The notes under the pieces are model-generated. The model was given only the letters and a program-made list of their open reading frames with translations. It ran no database searches and was not told where the DNA came from. A stretch of 64,000 nucleotides of DNA from Candidatus Hydrogenedentes bacterium UBA6118 (GTDB lineage: Bacteria; Hydrogenedentota; Hydrogenedentia; Hydrogenedentales; SLHB01), in assembly GCA_002422525.1 (NCBI GenBank), contig DIWA01000015.1:33797-97796 (forward strand). The letters run 5' to 3'. The translations under genes were made by a program, and so were the position numbers. Shown here in pieces: positions 38,046 to 46,369 of the stretch; the first letter of the stretch is position 1, and the number at the start of each line of letters is the position of its first letter.

Positions 38046-38846
38046 ATGGACGATGCAGTGACAGACAGACGCGGGCGGGCCGGCGGCTTCACGCTGATTG
38101 AGCTGGGGCTCGTCATGTTCATCATCACGATCGTGCTGGCGCTGGCGCTGCCTCGTTTCGTGCCGATGATCGCGTTCAGCGAGCTGGAAGGGTCCGCGCG
38201 ACGGATCGCGGGGTACGGGCGGTCGCTGGTGGCGCACTGCGCGATGGTGCGCGAGCCGGTGACGTTCCGGATCGACATGGACGCCGGCGAGTACTGGTCG
38301 CTCCGGTGGCTGCCCGACGAAGACGAGGGTCTGTTCGAGGACGGCGACCTGTTCGACGAGGGCGCGTTCGCGACGCGGTCGGGATCGGAGCGCGACGCCT
38401 ACAACCCGAACCAGTATATGGACGCGGCCCAGGAGGACGCGTTGCGTGGGGAAGAGCTGGCGGTGCAGTTCGAGCGGTTCGTGCGGATGGCGACGACGGC
38501 GAAGGCGCGGAACGTGCCGGGCGACGGGCTGTTCGACGACCTGGATCCGCTGTTCGAGAAGGAATTCAGCCTGGACACCGATGAGGACGAGTCGCTTGAG
38601 GAGCTGAAGACGGCCCTGCTTGAGCGGGGCACGCTGCCGGAGGGGGTGCGGTTCGCGGCGATCGAGGTCGGGCCGCGGGTGTACGCGAGCGGTCTGGTGG
38701 AGATCGACGTGACGCCGCTGGGGCTGACGGAGGCGATCGAGTTCACGCTGGAGAACGAGCGGGGCGATCGGTACGTCGTAGCGTGGGACGCGATTACGGG
38801 CGGGGCCCGAATCGCGGAGGCGCCTCGGGCGGAGACGGGGTCATGA
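38046..38846 (+). CDS. minor pseudopilin (GspH-like)
   Basis: Prepilin-type N-terminus GGFTLIELGLVMFIITIVLALALP. 266 aa, longer than the canonical GspH. Confidence 0.55.
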   Translation: MDDAVTDRRGRAGGFTLIELGLVMFIITIVLALALPRFVPMIAFSELEGSARRIAGYGRSLVAHCAMVREPVTFRIDMDAGEYWSLRWLPDEDEGLFEDGDLFDEGAFATRSGSERDAYNPNQYMDAAQEDALRGEELAVQFERFVRMATTAKARNVPGDGLFDDLDPLFEKEFSLDTDEDESLEELKTALLERGTLPEGVRFAAIEVGPRVYASGLVEIDVTPLGLTEAIEFTLENERGDRYVVAWDAITGGARIAEAPRAETGS

Positions 38847-39235
38847 TGCGGCGGGGTCGGGAACGGCGAGGCGCAGCGGCCGAAGGGTTCACGCTGGTCG
38901 AGATCATGGCGGCGCTGGCGATACTGGGCACGGCGCTGTTCGTGCTCTTGGAGGCGCACTACGGCACGTTGCGGCTGTTCGATGCGGCGCGCGAGGAAGT
39001 GCAGTTCACGGAGATGCTGGAACGGGCGACCGGTATTGCGAAACTCGAGACGGCGGCGGGCAATCTGTCCGGATCGGACACGATGGGGAAGCGGTATCCG
39101 GGCTATGCATACCGGTTTGAGGCCGCGGCCATGGATGACACGCGGCCGGAGCTGCTCGAGTTGCTGGTCGAGGTCGAAGGGCCGACCGAAACGCGGCAGG
39201 TTCGTCTTCTGCTGTTCCTGCCGAGCCCGGGATGA
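38843..39235 (+). CDS. minor pseudopilin (GspI-like)
   Basis: The ATG overlaps the upstream stop (GTCATGATG). Prepilin N-terminus EGFTLVEIMAALAILGTALFVLLEA. Confidence 0.55.
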   Translation: MMRRGRERRGAAAEGFTLVEIMAALAILGTALFVLLEAHYGTLRLFDAAREEVQFTEMLERATGIAKLETAAGNLSGSDTMGKRYPGYAYRFEAAAMDDTRPELLELLVEVEGPTETRQVRLLLFLPSPG

Positions 39236-40239
39236 TAGCGATGACGACGCGTGCGGGCTCGTGTGCGCCCGCGAAGGGTTTCACGCTGCTGGAGTTGCTG
39301 ATCTCCCTGTCGATCCTCGTGGTGATCACGGCGATCGTGTATGCGTCGTTCTCGGGCGTGACGCGGACGATCGACGCGACGCGCACGGTGACGGAGGAGG
39401 TGCGGCTGCGGCAGTTCCTCGGGCAGAGTCTGCGGACGAACATCGCGACGGCGTACGTGGATCTGAGCTACACGGCGGAGGCGTTCCAGTTTCTCGGGGT
39501 GAACGAGGACGGCATCGACGGGGCGAAGGATTCGTTGCGGTTCATCTCGACGGCTTCATTGATCGGCGGGCTGACGTTGCCCGGCGATCTCAAGGAAGTG
39601 CGCTATGAGGTGCTGGAGCCGCGGGATTCTGAGATGGAGCTGTCGTGGGATGATGATGATGAGAATGACGAAGCGGCGGACGCGTTGACGGGGCTGGCGG
39701 CGGAACTGCGGGGCCGGCACGCTCGACTGCGGGTGACGGAGACGCCGCTGCTCGCCGGGAATGTCCAGTCGCTCGATGAGGAGACGGGGTATTTCACGCC
39801 GGCCGAAGGGTACGAGTCGCCTCACTGGGACGTGCCGATCCGTTCGTTCGATGTGCGGTACTTCGACGGCGAGCAGTGGGTGGATGAGTGGGACAGCCTG
39901 GCGGTCGGGCGGTTGCCGTGGGCGCTGCGGGTTCGGGTGAATTTCGCACGGACGGAGGCGTATCTGGAGCGGGAGCGGGACAAGAACTACGACGAGCTCG
40001 AGGATCCGGAGTTCGAGATGATCGTTACGTTGCCGGCGGGCGTGGGCGTGTTCGAGGACCAGCGCCAGCTTCCGATGGCGCAGGGCGGCGGCGCGGGCGG
40101 CATAGGCGCGGATGGCGCGTATGGAGGCGACGGAGCCGAAGGGGACGCCGAGGGGGTGCAGGGCCGTCCGAGCGGCCAGACTGGCGCGCCGTTCCAGACG
40201 TTTACGTTCGACATTCCGATGGGAGGCGGCGAGCAGTGA
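39232..40239 (+). CDS. minor pseudopilin (GspJ-like)
   Basis: Prepilin N-terminus KGFTLLELLISLSILVVITAIVYA. About 330 aa, consistent with GspJ size. Confidence 0.55.
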   Translation: MIAMTTRAGSCAPAKGFTLLELLISLSILVVITAIVYASFSGVTRTIDATRTVTEEVRLRQFLGQSLRTNIATAYVDLSYTAEAFQFLGVNEDGIDGAKDSLRFISTASLIGGLTLPGDLKEVRYEVLEPRDSEMELSWDDDDENDEAADALTGLAAELRGRHARLRVTETPLLAGNVQSLDEETGYFTPAEGYESPHWDVPIRSFDVRYFDGEQWVDEWDSLAVGRLPWALRVRVNFARTEAYLERERDKNYDELEDPEFEMIVTLPAGVGVFEDQRQLPMAQGGGAGGIGADGAYGGDGAEGDAEGVQGRPSGQTGAPFQTFTFDIPMGGGEQ

Positions 40240-41264
40240 GGAAGGCAGCCGCGCGACACGGTCGACGGGATGAAGGCATGGCGTTGCTGATGGCGTTGCT
40301 GGTGGTGGCGCTGCTCTCGGCGATCATCGTCGACTACGCCTATGAGGTGCGGGTGGAGGCGTCGTTGATCGGGAACCGCAGCGCGCAGTTTCGGGCCCAG
40401 CTTGCGGCGGAGTCCGCGGCGGCGCTGGGCATGTCGCTGTTGCTGGATGATATGGACAACCTGGACGGCGTGAGCGGGCCGGAGTTCGACGCGCTGACGG
40501 ATGTATGGGCGGGGGGCGTTCCCTATGAGGACTATGAGGACGGGGTGCTGCGGTGCTCCGTGACGGACGAGTTCGGCAAGCTGAACGTGAACGCGCTGCT
40601 GCGTGCGGACGGCGAGACGCGCCCGGTGGTGGAGGATGCGTTGCGGGCGTTGTTCATTGCAAGGGGCGCGGAGGAGGATCCGGTGGACGCGATCCTCGAT
40701 TGGATCGATCCGGATGACGAACAGCGGACGACGGGGGCGGAGGCCGACTACTACATGGGCATGGAGGTCTCAGTAGGGTGCAAGAACGCGCCGCTGGACT
40801 CGATCGAGGAGCTGCTGATGGTGCGGGGGGTGACGCCGGACCTGTTCTTCGGAGACCCGGCGCAGGACCAGACGCCGTTGACGGAGCTGCTGACGGTGCA
40901 TGGGGACCCGAGCGGCAAGGTGAACGTGAACACGGCGCGCCGGGAGCTGCTGGACGCGTTCGGCGAGGCGTTGGGCCGCCCGGGCTTGGGAGAGATTGTG
41001 ATTCAAGCGCGTGAAGAGGCCCCGTTTGAATCCGTGCAGGATCTTCAGGCGCGGGGCATCTTGCCGACCCAGACGGCGAACCCCTCGGGGGAGAGCGGGA
41101 TTCCAATGGAGCTTGAGCAGCCGGCGACGGTGGCGGGGTACTGCTACCGGGTTCATGGCGACGGCATGGTGAATGACTGCAAGGTCCGGGTGACTGCGTA
41201 CGTGTGGCGCGATCCCGCGATCCCCGGCGGATTCCGCATTCTTGACTGGAGAACGGTGCAGTGA
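40236..41264 (+). CDS. GspK-like pseudopilin
   Basis: The GTG overlaps the gspJ stop (GTGA) and has a GGGAGG RBS. N-terminal TM MALLMALLVVALLSAIIVD. GspK-like body (GKLNVNALL..., GKVNVNTARRELL). Confidence 0.6.
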   Translation: MRKAAARHGRRDEGMALLMALLVVALLSAIIVDYAYEVRVEASLIGNRSAQFRAQLAAESAAALGMSLLLDDMDNLDGVSGPEFDALTDVWAGGVPYEDYEDGVLRCSVTDEFGKLNVNALLRADGETRPVVEDALRALFIARGAEEDPVDAILDWIDPDDEQRTTGAEADYYMGMEVSVGCKNAPLDSIEELLMVRGVTPDLFFGDPAQDQTPLTELLTVHGDPSGKVNVNTARRELLDAFGEALGRPGLGEIVIQAREEAPFESVQDLQARGILPTQTANPSGESGIPMELEQPATVAGYCYRVHGDGMVNDCKVRVTAYVWRDPAIPGGFRILDWRTVQ

Positions 41265-42805
41265 AAGTCAGCGCGAAGATAGGGGTGATCCAGATTCTGG
41301 AGGACCGGGTGCGTGCGTGCGTCGTGCAGACGGGCGGCGCGGCGCCGACGATGCTGGACCGCATCGAGACGCCGATCGGCGGTTCGACGGATGAGGAAGG
41401 CGCGGATCCCGCGGTCGATGCGGTGTGGAACGCAGTGCGCGGTCTGTCGTCCATGCCGAACTGCTATGTGCTGAGCGCAAGCAGCCTGGACAGCGTGGTG
41501 CGCGTGCTGCGGATCCCCGTGAAGGGTGCGCGGCGGGTGGCGGCGGCGGTGCAGTTCGAGCTGGAGCCGTACCTGGCGTTTCCGATCGAGGAGCTGGCGG
41601 TGGACCACTTGCCGATCCGCGAGGTCGAGGGTCAGACGGAAGTGCTCGCGGTGGGGATGCGTCGCGCCGTTCTGGACCGGGGGCTGGCGGCGTTGCGAGG
41701 CGCGGGCGTGGAGCCGGAGGGCATCGGCCTGGACGCGCTGGGACTGACGGCGCTGTGGCTGTGCGGCCGGAAACAGGTGAAGGGCCTGAACGCGCTGGTG
41801 CATTTCCAGGAGCGGGGCGCGACGCTGGTCGTGTTGGCGGATCGACACGTGGCGTTCATGCGGCCGATGGCGGATGTCACCGCGGCGTCCGTGCGGGAGG
41901 CGCCCCGGGTGGTCGCGCGCGAGATCACGAACCTGGTGCGGGCGTTTCTGACGCTGTCCCGCGCCAAGGAACCGCTCGCGGGCGTGCATGTGACGGGCCT
42001 GGCGCCGGACCCGGACCTGGAAGGCATGCTGGGCGAGTCGTTGAACGCGCCGGTGGCGTGGACGGACTTGAGCGAGGTCGTCCGGTATCAGGAGAAGAAG
42101 CCGAAAAGCGCGCGGAAGCGTTCGGCGGAGGGGGATGTCGAGGAGGCGGCGGAGGCCGGCCCGAACGTCTGGGAATCGCTGGCGGGAATGGCCTTCTCGG
42201 CGGCGGGCGGGGGTCCGGCGCTGAACTTCCGGCGCGGAGAGCTGGCGCCGCGCAATGTGCTGCAGGGCGTGGGGGGTCTGGCGGCGTTCACGCTGGCGAT
42301 GGCGGCGATCCTGTGCCTGAGCTACGCAGGGTACTGCTACGTGGACTATACGAGCAACGTGCAGCGGATTGAGCGGGCAGGCGAGGAGATCTGGCGGCTG
42401 TACACGGAGGCGTTTCCGGATTCGCCCGATGCGCAGGCCGGACGGCCGCCGATGGACATCGGCGGCGTGCGGACGCTGGCGCTGATGCGGCGGGACTTCG
42501 ATGAACACACGAAGCAGTCGAGCGAGCTGAACACGGCGATTCTGACGCGGCCGACGCTGTTGGATATTCTGAACGAGATCAGTACGCATCTGTCGGCGGA
42601 CAAGATTCTGCTGACGGAGCTGCGGGTGCGTTCGAGCAGGGAACGGAGCCAGCAGGTGAGCATCGTGGGCGAGCTGACGGATCCGGGGGCCTTCGAGCAG
42701 GAGCTGGAGAAGCTGCGACAGTCGAAGGTGCTCAAGGTGACAGGGGAGCCGACGATCTCCCAACGGCAGGGAAAGACGACCTTCACGATCACGGCGTCGA
42801 CGTGA
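41261..42805 (+). CDS. GspL-like protein (PilM/actin-like cytoplasmic domain + TM + periplasmic domain)
   Basis: 514 aa. The first ~330 aa are PilM/GspL-cyto-like (MKVSAKIGVIQILEDRVRACVV...). Then one TM (AAFTLAMAAILCLSYAGYCYV) and a PilN-like periplasmic region. Confidence 0.55.
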   Translation: MKVSAKIGVIQILEDRVRACVVQTGGAAPTMLDRIETPIGGSTDEEGADPAVDAVWNAVRGLSSMPNCYVLSASSLDSVVRVLRIPVKGARRVAAAVQFELEPYLAFPIEELAVDHLPIREVEGQTEVLAVGMRRAVLDRGLAALRGAGVEPEGIGLDALGLTALWLCGRKQVKGLNALVHFQERGATLVVLADRHVAFMRPMADVTAASVREAPRVVAREITNLVRAFLTLSRAKEPLAGVHVTGLAPDPDLEGMLGESLNAPVAWTDLSEVVRYQEKKPKSARKRSAEGDVEEAAEAGPNVWESLAGMAFSAAGGGPALNFRRGELAPRNVLQGVGGLAAFTLAMAAILCLSYAGYCYVDYTSNVQRIERAGEEIWRLYTEAFPDSPDAQAGRPPMDIGGVRTLALMRRDFDEHTKQSSELNTAILTRPTLLDILNEISTHLSADKILLTELRVRSSRERSQQVSIVGELTDPGAFEQELEKLRQSKVLKVTGEPTISQRQGKTTFTITAST

Positions 42806-42833
42806 CGGGCGACAGAGACCGGAGTACGCAAGG

Positions 42834-43343
42834 GTGAAACTACCGCAACTGGAGAAGCGAGAGCGGATCGTCGTCGCGGGCGGGGCCGCGGCCGCCGTGC
42901 TGATCGTCGGGTACTACCTGATCAGCGGCCCGCTGGAGGCTTACCAGCAGTCGCGCACGCGGGTTATCGCCGCGCAACGGGCGTTGGCGCAGGCTCAGAC
43001 GATGCATCGGCAAGTCATGGAATCGCGTTCCGACCGGGAAGCGGTGGAGCAGTTGCTCGCGGTGCGGGAAGGATCAAACCTGTTCTCGACCGTGACGCGG
43101 GCGATCCAGACGGCGAACCTGACGGACCGGGCGGAGTTGCAGAGTCAGCCGCGGCTCATGGCGAATGCGCAGGCGGTGCAGATCTCGCTGACGGGCGTGA
43201 GCATGAAGGAGCTGGTGGACTTGCTGTATGAGCTGTTCAGCGACAATCTGGTGGTGCTGCATCAGTTGACGCATCTGCGCCCGGCGCAGTCGGGGCAGGG
43301 GTTGGACTGCGCGTTCGTGCTTATCCAGCCGTCGACGGAGTAG
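42834..43343 (+). CDS. GspM/PilO-like bitopic protein
   Basis: 169 aa. The N-terminal TM AAAAVLIVGYYLISGPL is followed by a coiled-coil and ferredoxin-like periplasmic region. It is the last gene of the cluster. Confidence 0.5.
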   Translation: MKLPQLEKRERIVVAGGAAAAVLIVGYYLISGPLEAYQQSRTRVIAAQRALAQAQTMHRQVMESRSDREAVEQLLAVREGSNLFSTVTRAIQTANLTDRAELQSQPRLMANAQAVQISLTGVSMKELVDLLYELFSDNLVVLHQLTHLRPAQSGQGLDCAFVLIQPSTE

Positions 43344-43369
43344 GCGAGCGACTCGCAGCGCATGGAAAC

Positions 43370-43399
43370 GGCCCGACACGGACGGCGTCCGGTCGGGCC
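43370..43399. terminator. bidirectional hairpin between T2SS cluster and rpmG
   Basis: GGCCCGAC (43370-43377) pairs with GTCGGGCC (43392-43399). An inner imperfect stem ACGGACG/CGTCCGG extends it. It is followed by GAGATCTGTTG. Confidence 0.45.
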
Positions 43400-43426
43400 G
43401 AGATCTGTTGAACGATAGGGCGCGGG

Positions 43427-43597
43427 CTACTTCTTCTCGCGGTGCAGCGTGTGCTTGCGCAGCTTCGGGTTGTACTTCCTCAACTCGAGGCGGCCCGTGC
43501 TGTTCTTGACGTTCTTCATGGTCGTGTAGCGCGAGGTGCCGGGGGCTTCCGTGCACTCGAGCGTGACCTGGACGCGGTTGCCTTTTGCTTTTGCCAT
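43427..43597 (-). CDS. rpmG: 50S ribosomal protein L33
   Basis: Own translation: [56 protein letters not shown]. At 56 aa it is too short for the ORF track. It matches the L33 family pattern (NY.T.KN......LEL.KY.P....H..H.E.K). Confidence 0.85.
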   Translation of the reverse strand: MAKAKGNRVQVTLECTEAPGTSRYTTMKNVKNSTGRLELRKYNPKLRKHTLHREKK

Positions 43598-43664
43598 GGT
43601 CGGTCTCCGTCACGCGCGGAACAGACGGGGTTCTCGCGCGGAAGTCCACGTTACAGGAGTTGGA

Positions 43665-43694
43665 TTTATACCCGAACGGCGGCGGCGAAGTCAA
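43665..43694 (-). promoter_or_regulatory. sigma70-type promoter for rpmG: TTGACT, 18-nt spacer, TATAAA
   Basis: On the minus strand, TTGACT is the complement of 43689-43694 and TATAAA the complement of 43665-43670. The leader to the rpmG ATG is about 60 nt. Confidence 0.45.
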
Positions 43695-43716
43695 ACCGAT
43701 GAATCAAGCCATCCAT

Positions 43717-43763
43717 GATCGTACCGGGGATCGTATCGTCGTGCCATTTGCGATCGTACCGGG
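43717..43763. repeat. three tandem GATCGTA(C/T)CG direct repeats
   Basis: GATCGTACCGGG at 43717 and at 43752, plus GATCGTATCG at 43729. They lie between the stop of the GH42-like gene and the rpmG promoter. Confidence 0.35.
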
Positions 43764-43771
43764 ACCTTCCG

Positions 43772-46264
43772 TCAGTCTTGCGCCGAGACCGGGTCGGCGC
43801 CGCCGAACTGCACGAGACACGCGTGGGAGAAGTCCGGCAGGGCGATCCGGCCGTTCTCGACGGCGACCTCGCCGCGCTTGTCGAAATCGGCCCATGCGCG
43901 GCCGGCGGTCGGCATGTCGGGCAGGTCCAGGTCGACTGTCGCCTTGTGGGCCCGGCCGTCTTCGCGGTTCAGGGCGAACACGGTGTAACTTCCCGCGGCG
44001 GCGTCGTGGAACACGGACACGTGGACGTCGGCCCGGTCGGGATCGAGCCGCACCGGCAGGGTGACCCCGGCGTTCGTCAAGGCGTCCGCAAGGCGCCTGC
44101 GGACCTGCATGCGGGCGAAAGGCGTGCGGGCGGGGTCGTCGACCTCGACGTAGACGGGCGGCGTGTTGCCGTGAACGGCTTCGAGGCGAACCTTGCCCCA
44201 GTACGCGCGGCCGACGCTGTCGCCCAGGCGGATGACGCGGCGCGAGGCACGGTCGAGCGCGGGCAGCGGGGCGCCGGCGAGGTCTTGCTCCGGCAGCCGT
44301 CCTGACGCGACGAGCACGCCGCCGCGCGCGATGAACGCGGCCAGCGCGGCATGCACGGGCGCGGGCAGCACGGGGCAGTCCGAGAGGAAGACGACGTCGT
44401 AGCCGTCGAACGCCTCCGGGCCGCGGCGTTCCACCTCGTAGGGCGTGTAGACGTCCGGGGTGACGCCGCAATCCTGCAGCAGATGGTGCAGACCGGCGTT
44501 GTCGAGCGGATCGCCCTTGCGACCGCCGGGGTCGGCCAGCGAGTAGGTCATGACGGGCATGAGCTGCGCGGCGCGGGTGACCAGGCGCTGTTCCTGGATC
44601 GCCTCGGAGGCGGCGCGCACGTCGCGGAGGAGACGGGTGAGTTCGCCGGATGTGAGGTGCTCGAAGTAGGAGTAGTCGGGCACGCCGGTCCAGCAGTACC
44701 AGAAGAAGCCGGTCATGCCGTGCTGCACGCAGGCGAGGCTGCCGCGGTAGATGGCCTGGAAGCCGCTGTAGTGGCCGTAGGGGAAGTCGACGAGGTCGGT
44801 GCACCACATGGGCTTGCCGTACTTGCGGGCGAGGTCGATGTTCGCCGCGGCGTAGGTGAAGTCCTCATCGGCGATGCAGATCTGGAAGCCGTTCACGTCG
44901 ATCCGCGGCGTGTTGGCCAGGCTGATGTCGAGGCGTTGCTCGATCGACGCGTACTCCCACAGGACCGGCTGGCCGAAGATGTAGCCGATGTAGCTGACGA
45001 CGGGCCGCGTCGGGTCGAGGCGCTTGATGTACGCCGCGCTCTCGTCGAGCCAGGCGGCCATCGCCTCGAACGAGAAGGTGACGAAGTCCTCGAGCGCGAC
45101 GCCCGTGGCTTCGTAAGGCATGGGCTGGGGGTCGACCTCGATCTGGACGACGACCACGTCGTCCACGATTTGGATCCTTCCGCGGCCTTCGCCGTGCCAC
45201 TTGCCGAAATGCCAGCCGTCGACGCCGTCGGCTGTGCTGACGGGCGGGGGGAGCAGGTTCTTGTCCGTGCCGGCCAGGCGGAAGCCGGCGGATCTGTAAC
45301 AGGCTGCGCCGGGGGCCATGGCCTTGAAGAGGAGGGCGGCATGGGCGGCGCGCTCCGGACACCGCACGCGGGCCTCGACGCGGCTGGTGTATGCGTCGGG
45401 GGCGTATGCGTCGGTTTGGAGCAAGCCGCCGTCGGCGTCGAACCATACGACTGCCATCACGCTGAGGCCTTCGGGGATGCCCTCGAGCGTGCCCAGGGCC
45501 GATGCGTCGTAGAACTCGCCGGGCGTGACGGGGACCCACGGCGAGAACCAGCCCATGTCGATGGCGCCGTTGATGCCGAAGGTGCGCATGCCGACCCGCG
45601 GGTCGCCGATCATCCAATGGCGGGGCGGGTCGGCGTCCGACCAGTCTGAGAAGTCGGCGCCCCATGCGGCGTTGAGGGCGTCGATGTCGCCGTACTTGGC
45701 TTCGAGCCACTGGGTGAACGCGCGGAGCGCGAGCGGGCTGTAGTCCAGCGAACCGGGGTAGAACCACTCCGCGCCGCCCAGGTAGCCGGCGATGCGGCGG
45801 TCTTCGTCGCGGGATGCGACCCAGTCGGTCACGGCCTGCGCATAGCGGCGGACGGATTCGCGGAAAAGCGGCGAGTGGAGGGAGGAGAAGTCCCAGACGC
45901 GGCTGTCGAACCCGACGAAGTTCTCGCCGACCTCGCGGGTCATCGCCTGACGCCAGGGGATGTTCGTGTGGTGGACGGAGGTGTCGATGATCGGATAGGC
46001 CACGCGGTCGGATGCGGCGACGTTGGCGTACCAGTCGTCGAACTTGGCGGGGTCCAGCGCGATGTCTTCGAGGCGCAGCACGTCCTTCGGATGCTCCCGC
46101 AGGTCCCAGTGGACGACGTCGCTGAGTTCGGCGGTCGCCGGGAAACGCGAGAGGGCCTCATGGTGCGGGGCCGTGCGATGCACGACGAAGCCGATGGGCG
46201 GCGGCGAGGCGTCGCCCTGGGACAGACCGAAGGAGAGAGCAACGGAGATCAGCAGGAAAGTCAT
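43772..46264 (-). CDS. secreted GH42-like glycoside hydrolase (TIM barrel + GATase1-like middle domain + C-terminal beta domain)
   Basis: Signal peptide MTFLLISVALSFGLSQGDA. N-terminal TIM-barrel region (AWGADFSDWSDADPP, GINGAIDMGWFSPW). The middle domain YDVVFLSDCPVLPAPVHAALAAFIARGGVLVASG resembles the GH42 trimerisation/GATase1-like fold. Confidence 0.5.
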   Translation of the reverse strand: MTFLLISVALSFGLSQGDASPPPIGFVVHRTAPHHEALSRFPATAELSDVVHWDLREHPKDVLRLEDIALDPAKFDDWYANVAASDRVAYPIIDTSVHHTNIPWRQAMTREVGENFVGFDSRVWDFSSLHSPLFRESVRRYAQAVTDWVASRDEDRRIAGYLGGAEWFYPGSLDYSPLALRAFTQWLEAKYGDIDALNAAWGADFSDWSDADPPRHWMIGDPRVGMRTFGINGAIDMGWFSPWVPVTPGEFYDASALGTLEGIPEGLSVMAVVWFDADGGLLQTDAYAPDAYTSRVEARVRCPERAAHAALLFKAMAPGAACYRSAGFRLAGTDKNLLPPPVSTADGVDGWHFGKWHGEGRGRIQIVDDVVVVQIEVDPQPMPYEATGVALEDFVTFSFEAMAAWLDESAAYIKRLDPTRPVVSYIGYIFGQPVLWEYASIEQRLDISLANTPRIDVNGFQICIADEDFTYAAANIDLARKYGKPMWCTDLVDFPYGHYSGFQAIYRGSLACVQHGMTGFFWYCWTGVPDYSYFEHLTSGELTRLLRDVRAASEAIQEQRLVTRAAQLMPVMTYSLADPGGRKGDPLDNAGLHHLLQDCGVTPDVYTPYEVERRGPEAFDGYDVVFLSDCPVLPAPVHAALAAFIARGGVLVASGRLPEQDLAGAPLPALDRASRRVIRLGDSVGRAYWGKVRLEAVHGNTPPVYVEVDDPARTPFARMQVRRRLADALTNAGVTLPVRLDPDRADVHVSVFHDAAAGSYTVFALNREDGRAHKATVDLDLPDMPTAGRAWADFDKRGEVAVENGRIALPDFSHACLVQFGGADPVSAQD

Positions 46265-46369
46265 GGGGCGTCGAGCTCCTCTCTTGGCTGCGCGATGGAC
46301 ACGCGGCGGAACGCGTCAGGGGCGCGAGACCCGTGACGCCGATCCGTGTCATCTCTTCGCGTTACGCGC

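Noticed and set aside
22437-43400. Genomic island integrated at tRNA-Arg
   Set aside because: No integrase, transposase or flanking direct repeat is seen, and T2SS genes are usually core. Kept only as a low-interest boundary note.
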